Positions 39,092 to 51,393 of a DNA stretch of 64,000 bases are shown piece by piece (the stretch's first letter is position 1; each line of letters starts with the position of its first letter). The translations under genes were made by a program, and so were the position numbers. The stretch is from positions 62,001 through 126,000 of the forward strand of contig JAYWIR010000043.1 in NCBI GenBank assembly GCA_036172245.1. The letters run 5' to 3'. Source of the DNA: Raillietiella orientalis (lineage: Eukaryota). The notes under the pieces are model-generated. The model worked only from the letters and a program-made list of their open reading frames with translations, made no database searches and was not told the origin of the DNA.

Positions 39092-41800
39092 AGGGAGGAC
39101 GTGCTTTTCCTGCGCTCCGCCTGCGTGGCAAGGCGAGCGGTTTTTTGCTGAGTGGTTTGTGCGTGCACATCGTCGGTGTCCGATGGTAGCGCTGCCAGAG
39201 GACATCGCGATGAAAGTAGGCGTGAGGGAGGCTTGTTCCTCCCCACAGCCTACTGGATCAGGGGCATCCGCCCCGGAATCGTCCCCGGCGAAGCCGAGGT
39301 CATGGAGCGCCATGGAGGCCGCGCCTAGCGTGGAAACCATGGCCGAGATGGAAGCCTACAAGACAGCGGGGTATAAACCCTCGCTAGTCTACAAGGTAGG
39401 CAAACTTTTTGATGGGCGAATTGCACGCGCCTTCAAGAAGGCGCTGCAGAACGCCAATATCATCGAAAAAGATCTTCACGGCCTCTCCGTCCTCAGCGGC
39501 GGGCAGCGGGTCGAGGTAGTATGCAAAGATATCACCTTGGCCCGACGCCGTATCACCGAACCGCTGATCGTTGATGGTCGGAAGATCTTGCCGGTGACGA
39601 TGGACCGCTCGGTGGTGGTCCATCTGACTGGGATCTCCAGTCGCATGACTAGGTCAGCGGTTCGTGAACAGTTGCAAAAGCACGCAGAAGTGCACGCGCT
39701 GATGGCCGAAGTCCACGATTTTCCAAGGCTACAATAGCCTTTTCGGAGGTTGAGCTGCGGCGCGTATCACAGTAAAAGAGGGTGGTGCGCTTCCTTTGAA
39801 GCTGGAGGTCTGCCAAGAAGCGGTGGACCTCTGGTACGTGGGAACACGCCAATTTTGTGGCTACTGCAATGCAGTAGGGCATCTACGAAAAAGGTGCTCG
39901 AACATTGTGTGCCACCTATGCGGCGAAAAGGATCACGTTCGGCGCGTGTGCCCCAAGCGCCCCAACCCGGTGCCCCCTGCCGCGAAAAAGGCGCAGGGAA
40001 AACGTGGAAAGCTGGTAGAAAGGCCAGCTCGAGAAAATGGCCGTTCCCAACTGCCAGCCTCCCTTCCTCCCGTACAGACGTCGGAGGAAATAGCTCCCGT
40101 GAACGCGGAAACGGAGGAGGGTTGGCCGCTGGTTTAATCCAGAAACGAAAAAAAAAAGAAAGTGATGCCAGATGAAAAGTCCAAGAAAACTGCCGGCAAC
40201 AAGAAAAAAGCCGCGCCGCTTTCAAAAAAAAAATAACTCCGCGAATGCTCGGGGGCACTGGAACGCTTAGCCGTTCCTGCCGAGTCCGCCCGCGGCAATG
40301 TTCAGCAAACAGCTGATACGGCCGCGATGAATACTGGCGTGGACTAGCCTATTCTACGTTTAGAGGGTGAGACGCGAGAGTCGCGCGCCGACAGCCAGGA
40401 CGCCGCGCTCGATAAAGTCGCGGAGCAGCCCGCGGCAACGGTCGCCGCTGGCGAAGACGCGGCCTTCGAGAAAGCGACGGAAAAGCTCGCAGCAACGCTC
40501 GCCGAGCGCGAAACCCCGTCGCGCAAGGCCGTACGCAGATCGGCATCGACGAAGAAGGCCCCCGCAGGTGAGTGCGACCTGGAAGCCGGAAGCGGATCCT
40601 CCTCCTCGGAGGCACCCCGCAGGAGACGGGACGCAAGTCCCAGAAACCCAGGAGGCGCCTCCCCTCCACCAACGAGGAGTAGAAGCCGGAATGAAGCGGC
40701 AACGTGGGAATCCCGGAGGGGGAACACCCACGCCCGGAAGCCGTCGAGTCGGCCACCCCCATGGAGGAGGGTGAGCCGGGGGGTGAAGTCCTCCCTGCAG
40801 TTGCGAAACCTGAGCAGCCCGAACCCATGGAGGAAGGCGAACAGGTAGGCGCGACTCCACGTGCGGGTGATCCGGCCGACGCGCCGGCACCGATGGAGGA
40901 GGAGGAACAGGTGCCTTCAGTACCTGTCCCCCCTCCTTCTCCACCTAGCGTCCCGCCCCAGCAGGTGGCCGACGCTACAGAGCCGATTTCCCAACAATAA
41001 CACCTGGACTAGCCTGTCGCCGTCGAATCCGCGTGGCCAGTTGGAACGTCAACGGGCTGCACGACGACGGCAACAGACGAGATACGGCCGACACCCTGCT
41101 TGAGTTCGACCTGGCCCTGCTGCAGGAGATCTACGTGATCACCGCGGCAGGCGCCCAGGAGATCGAGACGATCGCGGGGGATCGGTTGTATTGGCGTTGC
41201 TGCCTCCACAACACCTGCGGGGTCGCGTTCTTCGTGAAGCCGGCCATCGACGCTGTCGTAAAGGGCGTGCGGTTCGATGACGACGGTTGGATCGGTCAGC
41301 TGATTCTCAGCTGGTCCGACTCGATCGAATTGATCGTCACGAATGTGTACGCCCCCAGCGGTAAACAGGGGTACCGCGACCGCACCAGACTGCTGGAAAC
41401 CCTGAAGCGCGACTGGCTGGCGGAGACCAATGTGCGAAAGGCTCACCTGATAGCGGAAGATTCCAATCTCCGTCTGCTAACAGGTGAGCCTGAAACAGAA
41501 GAGAACGCGATGAACGAGTTGTGCGCCGCCTTGCGTGCGCGCAACCTGTTCGCGGGTGAGTGGGGAATGGTCTGAAGCATCGACCACGTCTTCCTCGACG
41601 CTCACCTGTGTTCACGGGTCGGCGAACGGGGAAGATTGCCTCGACGCTGTCGGACCATTCCAGGCTAATTTTCTAGATGCGGCCTCGCGAGGAAAGACCG
41701 CCATCCAGAGACTGGCGTCACCCCGGGGACTGGACGCGTCTCTCAGGTGCAAAGGTACACCTTCGCAAAGACCTGAGAAGCGTCACGCTCCGGAATCTCC
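39092..41800 (+). mobile_element. Element M part 1 (family II): 5' UTR, disrupted ORF1, endonuclease domain
   Basis: ORF1 about 39183-41000; TAACA at 40998-41002; WNVNG, LQE, YAPS, SDH; ends at the TSD of J. Confidence 0.9.
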
Positions 41801-44800
41801 ATTGAAACCCGGGAGCACCGGGACGTTTATTCTCACGAATAAACCAATATAATCTGTGACTGGACCAGTAGTCCAGCCATGCCCTGGAAAGATATAGCCT
41901 GCCGGCCTACCGGTGCGCAGACCGGCGCGGTCGACCTCGGCAACAGAGGGGAGGGGGAACGAAACAAAAAGAAAACAAAAAATAAACAAAAATCAGGGAG
42001 GGAGCGGGAAGGGATCACAGACTGCTGGGAGAGTCCGTCATCCTCTGGAGGATGCCGGCAAGCTGTTTCTGCTTGTGTGGTTCCAGATGGGGCCATCGCG
42101 TCGCCAACCTAAGGAAACGGGCGGCATACACGTTGGCATCCCTGTCGCTGGATCCTCACGTCGCTTTGCTCCATGCCACGACGATCCCGCGTAGGCAGCA
42201 CAGGGCTGCAAGGGAGGCCGCTGGAAGCAGGGCGTCACGGACGAAGAGGGGGCGCAAAGCGTCTCTGGGGTTGCCTCCGGGGATCCCCAGGGCTGCGGCA
42301 AAGCGTTCCCACAAGGGACGGAGGGCAACACAATCCACTAACAGGTGGGGGAGGTATTCCCTCTCCCCGCACCTGACACAATTGGGGTTGACACCCTCCT
42401 GCGTACAGTGGTGTCGGCGGGCGTTGCAAGGAAGCCCCCAATGCAACACCATCAGTGACGACTGTTGCCACTTCATGGGGAGGGTGCGCGAGTCCAAGAG
42501 CACCGGAGGCCACTCGAGATGTTCCTCTGGAACATCCAGTAGCTCTCCCCAGCGCAACAGTCCATTTGGGGTGGTCCTCGGGGTCGCAGCGTTGGTGAGC
42601 TGACCCGTTCTGCAGTCCCCGATCTTCTTTGCCCTGCTGGCGACCTTGACAGTAACCTCCCATTGTGCCGCGACGTCGCTGCCCAGATGTTCCCGTAGGG
42701 TAGGCAGTACCGCAGCAAGGGAGGTTTTTTGTGCCCACGCTCTCCTTCGGAGATTCTCGATGATTTCTCGCAGCGTGCGGCGGGCATGCGGCCCGAACAG
42801 AGCTATTCGCTCGTGTTGCGGGCTCTGCTCCTGAATCATCCCCAACGTGCGGACGGTTTCCTGCAACCAGGCAGGACCGTTCGCGGGGCGTACGAGGATC
42901 CGCGCCGAGTTGTTCTTCACGAGCTTGGCCGCCCCCCGAAGTTGAAGTCCGCAGTGGCAGATGGGGCTTCGGAGTGCAACGTAGGACGAGAGTCCCGCAT
43001 TGCCGATGGGCCGCTCGACGAGGAGACGTGCAGGGAGGCACCAAGGGATGCACCAATTTCCTGCCATAAAGGCAACAACTCGGAACTGGAGCTGTAGCTC
43101 CAGCCGCTCCAACGTCAGGAGGCCCAGACCACCATCCCGACGAGGAGCGCACAAGTCCGAAAGACGGACTCGGGGCCTCCATCTGCCCCAAAGAGCGATC
43201 CTCAGGAGGTCCTTCGTCCTCTTCTTTGACTTCGCTGAGGGGGGGCAAACAAAAAGTAAGGGGCGAAGGAGGGGGGCCGCATACGCGTTCCACGCCGCAG
43301 CCCGTTCCTGCAGGTAGAACCTGCCGTCCTGGAACGGGCCGATCGCCGCCTGAGCCTTCTGAAGGCAGCCGGACCACGCTTCCGCAGGGGAGTAATCCCC
43401 CAACGGCACACCAAGGTACTTGAAGTACCTCACCGTGGGGATCCCTAAACGGACCCAGTCCTGCTGCCCTGCCCAAGCCGCTCTGACTGGCATTACGGAC
43501 GACTTCGCCCTGTTCACCGTCAGTCCTCTTCCACGACTCAGCAGGTCGAAGAAGTCCTCGATTGCCGAGACCGGGGTGGACATAGGCAGCAGCAGCAGCA
43601 GATCGTCCGCGTGCGCCGAAACCGCAGGCGTACCGGGGCAATCGCACGGCAGGTGCGCAAGAGTCTCCCTGTACGCTCTCAGCACCAATTCGAAAAAGGC
43701 GCTAAAGAGCAGGGGGCTCAGGCTGTCTCCCTGCCGTATGCCGCGTCGCACCGGTACTCCGTGCACGGTTTGCCCGCTGAAAAGAACATTAATGAGCGCG
43801 TCGCGCCAGCTGGAGCGCAGGTAGGCCAACAAAGAGGCCGGGAAGCCCAAGCGTTCCAGAAGCTCCAGCAGGAGATTCTGGTCGACACTGTTGAATGCTT
43901 TACGAGAGTCGACAGCGACCGCAAGGGCTCCCTTCCCCACTCGACCGTTCCGTCTCCCGCCAACGGACGCACCGGAATTCCGGCTGCTCAATAAGCCCCT
44001 TCCTTGTTGGAGCTCCAACCATGTGGAAGCGTGGAACAGGTTCGCCTGCATGCTCCGCCCGGGAACAGCATCAGTCTCTTCCGGGCTGATGAAGATGTTG
44101 GCAACCTGTCCCAGACGCTCTGCCCACATCTTGGCTATCTACTTGGCGTCTGCATTCACTATTGTGATGGGACGCCAGTTGTTCAGGCTCCTTAGGTCTC
44201 CTCCCTTCGGGAGGAGCCGCACCTTTGCTAAACGAAACGAGGTGGGAACGTCACCTGTTTCACGGATCAGCAAGGTGAGCTGATGTACCAGGGGAGTAAG
44301 CTCAGCCGCGAAAGTTTGGTAAAAGTCCGCGGGCAGGCCGTCCTCCCCTGGAGCCTTCCGCCTCTTGAGCTTTCCGATGGCCGAGAGGATCTGGTCCATC
44401 GTGAAAGGCTCGTCGAGGCTTCTTTTCTCCTCCTCCCCGATCGCTGGAGCACCTTCCGGAAGCAGAAGTCGTGAGACGTCTCGCTCCGAAGGCGCCCTGG
44501 CGTACAGGGAGGAGTAAAATTTCCTCACTATTCCGCGTTTCTGAGCGGGAACCGAGTGCTCCCGGCCCTGGTCGTCCATTAAGCTGGCCGACCCGGATTG
44601 CCAGGCTTGCCTCTCGGCTCCCGCTCGATACTCTGCTAACCTGCGCATGTCGGGGGTTCTCGCGTAACGTCGGGCCTGAAGATAGAGCCTTTAGTTACGC
44701 GGCTCCTCCCCAAATCCCGCAGGTATGCGATGGAGGGGGAACTGGTTGCAGAACTCCAGGACCGACCGTTTGAAGCCGTCCCAGTCCTGAAGTGTCTGCA

Positions 44801-45444
44801 TCCTGAAGCTCCAAATAAACGCGCGGAGGTGCTCCGCCGCGTCGGGAAACTTCTGCCAGTCCCCTGGCAGACGCCACGCTGACGAGGGGGGGCCCTTGTC
44901 GCGCGGACGCACTTCGAACATGATCCGACCATGGTCCGACAGCTCGGACGGTACCTTGCCGCGCCTGCCCACCCGAGAGCATAGGTGCTGATCAAGGTAC
45001 ACGTGATCGATGCTGCTTTCCATGGCTGTGTCCCCAACCAACAAGTTGCGCGTGTTCATTTGTGCGCACAACTCGTTGACGCGGTCGTTCAGTGTATCCG
45101 GCACACCTGAAAGCAGGCGCAGGTTGAAATCACCAGCGATGAGGTGCGCTTTGCGAACTCCTGCATCGGTCAGCCAATCGCGTCTCAGGGCAAGGTAGAA
45201 TTCCCTTCTTGCCTTCGCCCTCAACGCGTTATTTCCGCTAGGAGCGTATAGGTTGGTGACGACCAGGTCGATAGAGTCGGACCAGCTGAGAGTCAGCTGA
45301 CCGATGCGACCTGCGTCATCGAACCGAACGGCCTTTATTGCGGTCTCGATGGCTGGCCGAAGCAGGAAGGCGACACCGCTTGATTTCGCGGTGCCGCAAC
45401 GCCACAACAGCCGCCCACCCGAGATCCGTTCGATCTCCCGGGCT
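41801..45444 (-). mobile_element. Element J, 3' part (family III)
   Basis: ORF2 pieces ~45432-44691, 44648-44139 and 44129-42156; terminus at 41804-41831; 16-bp TSD ACGCTCCGGAATCTCC at 41785-41800 and 53298-53313. Confidence 0.93.
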
Positions 45445-45561
45445 CGTACAGTGCAGACGTGTTTCCGCGTCTTTCCGCGCCAACGATCGGGCAACTTTGT
45501 GCCTGCGTTTTTGCTCGCACTTGTGTGTTCCTGTGCAATCTGCCAAGTAGCATAGTGCAGC

Positions 45562-47274
45562 ATGGCCAGTACACAGGATAGTGTGGAGGAGCAAGCCACT
45601 GGATGCACTTCAGCTGCACTTGAAGTGGCCGCATCCTCCGTAATGGTTTCCTCGCCCCCGGTGAGGAGTTACGCCGTCGTTACCTCCCAAAGACCAGGAC
45701 CCTGCGATGCGGAGTTCCAGGCATATGTGTCATCAGGATACATGCCTGCACTCCGTTATAAGGTCAGTGGGCCACTTAACGGGAGAATCGGTCGTGAGCT
45801 CAATGATGAGCTCGTCCGGATAGGCGTTCGCGAGGAGGAACTCCTTGCCATAATGCCTGCTGGCAGGATGGAATATACGAAGATTCGGGGCAAGAACGCA
45901 GCACTTGTGCAGCGCCTTCTCCGTACGCCGTTGACCATCAATGGCAAGGAAGTCCTACCTACCGCGATGGACGACTCTTTTGTCGTTCAATTGTGCGACA
46001 TCGAACCGGAAATCTCCGACCGCGATGTCGTAAGTGTGCTGGCGAAGTTCGCCACCGTGCACGCTCTGTGGAGGAGGCCAAATCCTCTAAAGGATTTCCC
46101 CTCTGTCCACATTGGACAAGCCTCCGCGAGGATCACCGTCGCGAACAGGCGTGTTGTGCCTGAGCAGCTGCAGGTGAACGGCACGGTCGTTCACCTGTGG
46201 TTCATAGGCCAGACTCGCGCGTGCGAGCAGTGCGGCAAGGATGGGCACCGAATTAAAGAGTGCCCCTCTCCAAGATGCCGCTATTGCAAAGATTCCGGGC
46301 ACGAAATCAAGAAGTGCCCGGTACTTGCAAGTAAAAGAGCCGCAGCGGAAATTCGTCGGGTTCAAGAGACCACTGCACGAAAAGCCGCAGCGGCAAATAA
46401 AAAACGTCGTCCGCAAAAACTCGAAAAAAACCACGAGCGATCCGCGGATAAAAAGAAAGCATCCCCGCCCGCAACGCCCCGAAAGGGGAAAGTCACGGCG
46501 GGGAAGCCAATTAAAAAGGGGGGCGAGGGTTTGACGCGTGCCGTGCCTTCCCTCTCTGCCGAACTCGCAGGCACCTTTCCGAACCTGGAACCAGGAAATC
46601 TCCGTAACACCCTGGAGAAAAAGGTAGGAAAACAGGAAGATCGCAACAGTGCGAAGACTTCTTGCCCCGTTCCGTTGTCCCTTCCGAGTTCCGGACAGCC
46701 CCACTGCAGCGCAGGCCCCACTGCAAAGGCTACGAAAGCCGTAAAAAGCAGCGTCGCAACGACCAAAAGCACGCTGCATGCAGTCGCCCCATCGCCGACT
46801 CGGCAGGAGAGGAGCAATCTCCCGACTGTCAAGAAGGTGACTCCGTTGCCGCTTTTTAAACGCGTAGCGAAAGCAACGCCCCCAGAGAACGCAGCGAAAA
46901 TCCCGGAGGTTTCCGCAACTTCTGTCGCGAAAGCTTCCGAAAATCGCGAAGGCGAATGGAAGGTTGTGGAGAGGAGGAAAGAAAAATCTCCAAAGAAAGC
47001 TCCGCAACCTCCATCCCTGAGCTCTTCCAAAGGAAGAAGCAGTCGCGCGAATACGAAAACACGCGCGGCTTGTGACTCTTCCAAGGAAAAAGCCAACGCC
47101 TTCAACGCGTGCAAGTCCGCTTCTGTGACCGCCGAGAAGACCATTCCGGTGCAATCGGACGGATGCAAGCGCACGTCGATCGTGCGAGCATCAGACTCCG
47201 CAAAGGAGTCCGATAACGCAGCTGAACGACGCGTAACTCGCGCGGGAGCGAGCGCCCGCAGGGCTGAAGCCTGA
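45562..47274 (+). CDS. ORF1 of K; a frameshift near 47270 separates the conserved C-terminus, which ends at 47465
   Basis: Knuckles CEQCGKDGHRIKEC and CRYCKDSGHEIKKC; another frame continues ..GGDRALQPVVLL..SQP*, matching the C-terminus of A. Confidence 0.85.
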   Translation: MASTQDSVEEQATGCTSAALEVAASSVMVSSPPVRSYAVVTSQRPGPCDAEFQAYVSSGYMPALRYKVSGPLNGRIGRELNDELVRIGVREEELLAIMPAGRMEYTKIRGKNAALVQRLLRTPLTINGKEVLPTAMDDSFVVQLCDIEPEISDRDVVSVLAKFATVHALWRRPNPLKDFPSVHIGQASARITVANRRVVPEQLQVNGTVVHLWFIGQTRACEQCGKDGHRIKECPSPRCRYCKDSGHEIKKCPVLASKRAAAEIRRVQETTARKAAAANKKRRPQKLEKNHERSADKKKASPPATPRKGKVTAGKPIKKGGEGLTRAVPSLSAELAGTFPNLEPGNLRNTLEKKVGKQEDRNSAKTSCPVPLSLPSSGQPHCSAGPTAKATKAVKSSVATTKSTLHAVAPSPTRQERSNLPTVKKVTPLPLFKRVAKATPPENAAKIPEVSATSVAKASENREGEWKVVERRKEKSPKKAPQPPSLSSSKGRSSRANTKTRAACDSSKEKANAFNACKSASVTAEKTIPVQSDGCKRTSIVRASDSAKESDNAAERRVTRAGASARRAEA

Positions 47275-47464
47275 GGCGTGACACACTCGCCGCGGAACGG
47301 CGAGTGCTCACCTCGGAACCCACAGGTTCTGCACCCGGGGAGGAGCACCCGATTACGTGCAGCACAGTTGAGGCCGGTGGCGACCGCGCCCTCCAGCCCG
47401 TCGTGCTGCTTACTGCCCGCTCGCCGGGTGAGGCGAGCACAACGGCCTCGCTTTCCCAGCCGTG

Positions 47465-50400
47465 ATGAGGGCAATCGCGTCTTCTCGTCGTGTTGCCGTA
47501 ACGTCTTGGAACGTCAACGGGCTCCAACACGAGGAGAAAAGGCGACTAGTGGCTGACGCTCTGCGCGCCTTCGACTTGACGCTCCTGCAGGAGATTCACA
47601 GCATCTCCGGAGAGCAGGCTGCCGAAATCGAACGGCGCGCGGGCGGAACGCTACTTTATAGGTGCGGCGTTGCACGTACGTGCGGCGTCGCTTTCTTCGT
47701 GCGAGGAACTTTGGCGGGAGCGGTGCGCAGCGTTCGTTTCGACACGGAAGGCCGAGTGGGACAGCTTGTACTCAAGTGGTCCGACTCGATCGACCTTGTC
47801 GTAACCAACGTGTACGCGCCGAGCGGTGCTGGACGATAGGCCGAAAGGATTGAGTTCTTCGGTACCCTTCAAGGCCAGTGGCTCACTCGATCTCACCCTA
47901 CTGTGGCCCATCTCATTGCGGGGGACTTTAACGTCCACCTGCTGTCCGAGAATAGATCCCACAAAAGGGAAAAGTTGCTAGCGGAAGAGATGTGCGCGTC
48001 CGTGCACGCGTGCAACTTGTTCGCTAGCGACCCTGTTATGGCAGCAACGCCGGACCACGTAGACCTTGATGAACACTTGCTCTGTCGAGTGGGTCGGAGA
48101 GGTCCCGTGCCGTCCGTGCTTTCAGACCACAACAGGCTCGAGTTCGAGTTGCTCCCGCCAGGCAAGGGGCCTCCAAACTGTTTTTGGAGGATGCCGGCAG
48201 ACTGGCTAAGCCACTCGGAGGCGGCTGAGCATCTTCGCCAGTACCTCCTCGGCGTTGCCATAAGTGAGCTCGAGGACTGGGACGATCTGAAAAGATCGGT
48301 CCGCGAGTTCTGCTGCCGGTTTCCCTTGCACCAGCTTCCGCGCGGCTTCGGAGAGGGCGTAGCCAACAGCAGAGATTTTCTGCAGGCCCGCTCCTTTTCC
48401 AGGCGCGCGGACGTTGGTCGATTATCCGAGTACAAGGCCAAGGCCGAGCGCCAGGTCTGGCAGTCAGGGGCGACAGTTCTGCTCGACGACCAGGACCAGG
48501 AATGCTCGGCTCCAGCCGACGTGCGACGGATAGTCAGGCGCTATTACTCTTCTCTGTATGCAGAGGCACCGACGGAACGCAGCCTCTCCCGGCTGCTTCT
48601 GCCGATTGATGCACCTGTTGTAGACGAGGAGGAACGCGCGCGTCTTGATGAGCCCTTCACGGCAGAGGAAATTTCCTCGGCCATCTCGGGACTCAAGAGA
48701 CGAAAAGCGCCAGGCGAAGATGGGCTCCCCGCGGAATTCTTTCAGTGTTTTGCGGCGGAGCTCATCCCTCTGGTGCTCCAGCTCTCGTCGCTGATGCGAG
48801 ACTCGCGCGATGTCCCCGCCTCGTTTCGCTCAGCGAAGGTGCGTCTACTGCCGAAAGGCGGAGATTTGCGCCAACTGAACAACTGGCGTCCGATCACATT
48901 AGTGAATTCGGACGTCAAGTTGTTCTCGAAACTTTGGGTGGCGCGGATGGGTAGGATCGCGGAATCCTTGGTAAGTCCGGAGCAGACGTACGCTGTTCCT
49001 GGGCGGTCCATGGACGCGAATCTCTTGTTCATCCGCACATGGCTGCAATTGCAGCATCGTGTGGCGGTGGATCGTCGTGCGGAAGCGACGCCTTCGATCT
49101 CTCACCGACGGAGGCGCGGGACGCAAAGGGAGACACCGGGAGCCTTGGCGTTTGCAGTCGATCTGCACAAAGCTTTCGATTGCGTGAACCAAAAGCTTCT
49201 TCTTGAGCTTTTGGAACGTCTGGGTCTTCCGGCATCCCTGATGGCGTACTTGCGCTCCTGCTGGCGCCACGCGATTACATCCATTGTTTTCAGTGGCTGT
49301 CGCGTGTACGGCGTGCCGGTACGACGAGGAATTAGGCAGGGTGACAGCTTAAGCCCGCTGCTCTTCAGCATCTATTTCGAATTGGTGCTGGAGGCTTACA
49401 GGCTGACGCTAGCCAACCTGCCGAGCTCCTGTCCAGGTACGCCCGCCGTGGCAGCCTATGCCGACGACCTGCTTCTCCTGTTGCCCATGTCCACCCCGAC
49501 AGCGTCGCTTGAAGATTTCTTTGAGTTGATCCGTCGTGGTGCGGGCGTGAGCGTTAACAGGAGTAAGTGTATGGTTGTTCCGGTTGGTGCGACGTGGGAG
49601 GGGCAGTCCGACTGGATCGACCTGGGGATCCCCCCGGGCAGGTACCTCAGGTACCTTGGCGTGCCGTTGGGCGACTTCTGCGTCTCAGAAGCGTGGTCGG
49701 ACTGCCTTCGGAAGGCAGAGCGTGCACTTAGCCCGTTTTCAGGAGGCGAGTTCGTCTTGCCGGAACGGGCCTGCATCTGGAACACCTTCGTTGCCCCCCT
49801 CCTCCGCCCCCTGTTTTTTGTTTGTCCACCCCCCCAGGAAGTCAAAGTCTGGGCGCAGCGCCTTCTACGCAGAGCGTTGTGGGGCGCTGCAAGATCCCGT
49901 GTTAGACTTAAAGACTTGGTGGCGCCGCGTCAGGATGCCGGCTTGGGCATCCTCGACTTAAACAGCATCGAACTGCAGGTGCAGTTTCGCATGCTGCGGC
50001 TCTGTGCCAAGCTGTGGTGTACGCCGTGGTGCTTACCCGCACGCCTTATACTGAGGCGCTGCACGGGAAGCGAGGGACTGCTTTCGTTGCTACCCCACTT
50101 TCGGCACACCAGAATAGGGTTTGGCTTCCCGCTGAGGCAGCTTTCCTCACTGCTGGAAGCCCAAAGCTGGATCTCCTGCCGCCCCATGAACATTAATGCA
50201 TGGCGGCAGGAATCTTTTTCATCGTGGGCAGCTTCCGAAGGAACGCGCCCGGAAGATCTTCGACGCCCTCGACTTCTCCTCAGTCATCAAATGGACGAAG
50301 TCATGCAGGACAAGAAGTTGTCGGATCGTCTGGCCGCCACACCACTCGCCGTAGCGCTGTCTGCCCTCAGGGCAAGCAACGACGGTTGCCTACCGGCGGA

Positions 50401-51037
50401 ATGGGAGTTCTCCTGCAAAATGGCGGGAGTCAGTAAGCTCCTCGGCAGCTGGACGACAAAGGAGCTGGTGCAAGCCGCCACACCTCGGAATCGGGCGAAG
50501 GGACTGCTTCGGTGGAGCGAACATTTAAGTGTGCCCCCCGGAGAGATAGTGGTTCCCCCCGTTTGTTTGGACAGCTCCGTGTTCCCCCTTAAGTGGAAAC
50601 AAGATGTGCTGCTCTTTTTACATTGTGCATTTCACTGTAATAGGCAGCGAAGCATCGTTTCCGGGGGAGCTGCTTTGCCAAACTGTTTAAGGTGCGGAGA
50701 GATCGAGTCTTTTCCGCACCTTTTGTTGGACTGCGGTGACCTCCGGGAACTGTGGCAAAGGCTCACTTCGGCCATCATGCCACAAGGAGGCACTGCCATT
50801 GATGTGCTGCGGCGCTTCTTCAGCAGAAATGGACTTTCGGTTGGCGCGATTGTCGCGACCATGTGTTGCGTTCGCGCCATCGTGAAGGCCCGCTACGCCC
50901 TGGAGTTGTCATCGCAGCGAAGGGAGGCTCACCTGCTTGCAGCTCAATTCATGGAGAAGGCTTCAAGGTGGTCTCATCTTCGTGACAAGGTGAATGAGGA
51001 CATCACCGGCATACATCGCCGGTTTACACACCTTTGA
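47465..51037 (+). pseudogene. ORF2 of K (~1190 codons) with a single in-frame TAG at 47837
   Basis: TGATG overlap at 47463-47467; full EN, RT and CCHC motif set; 47462-47839 and 47903-51037 are the same frame. Confidence 0.92.
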
Positions 51038-51393
51038 GAACGGCGTAATCCGGTGACCCCTGCGACCTCTCGCCCACCCATACCCCGTCCCCGTTCGCTC
51101 GGTAAATTTTCCGGTGCCCATGCTTTTATCCCCGTGTCTTCCAGAGCGATCCCAAAGACCCTTATCCCGTCCTCCTTATTCATTGTTTTTATTTTATTTT
51201 GGTTTCTGTGTGTTTCCCGCCCCCCCACACCGTTCACAAAACTGTTACTCTGGCCTGCGTGCCAGCAATATTCTCTTCATTCTTGTTCAGTCGTCGGTTG
51301 GGAGTTTGGTTCCCAACTGGTTTATTTTGTATAATTGCTTTTTTTTTTGGTTATGTTATATGGAATAAACGCCCCGGCGTGACCGGGTGAGAA

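Larger units (their letters stand above)
45445..51393 (+). mobile_element. Element K (family I): full length (~5.95 kb), the most intact copy
   Basis: 12-bp TSD ATCTCCCGGGCT at 45433-45444 and 51394-51405; 5' motif at 45457; terminus at 51364-51389 followed by AGAA. Confidence 0.95.

Noticed and set aside
2129..47839. Programmed readthrough stop after YAPSG in both A and K
   Set aside because: The two stops are two codons apart and of different type, and other copies have sense codons there
5651..51037. Bacterial RT systems (group II intron, retron, DGR) or LTR elements
   Set aside because: The APE-RT-CCHC plus gag-like ORF1 layout with variable TSDs is non-LTR; I saw no LTRs, integrase or protease
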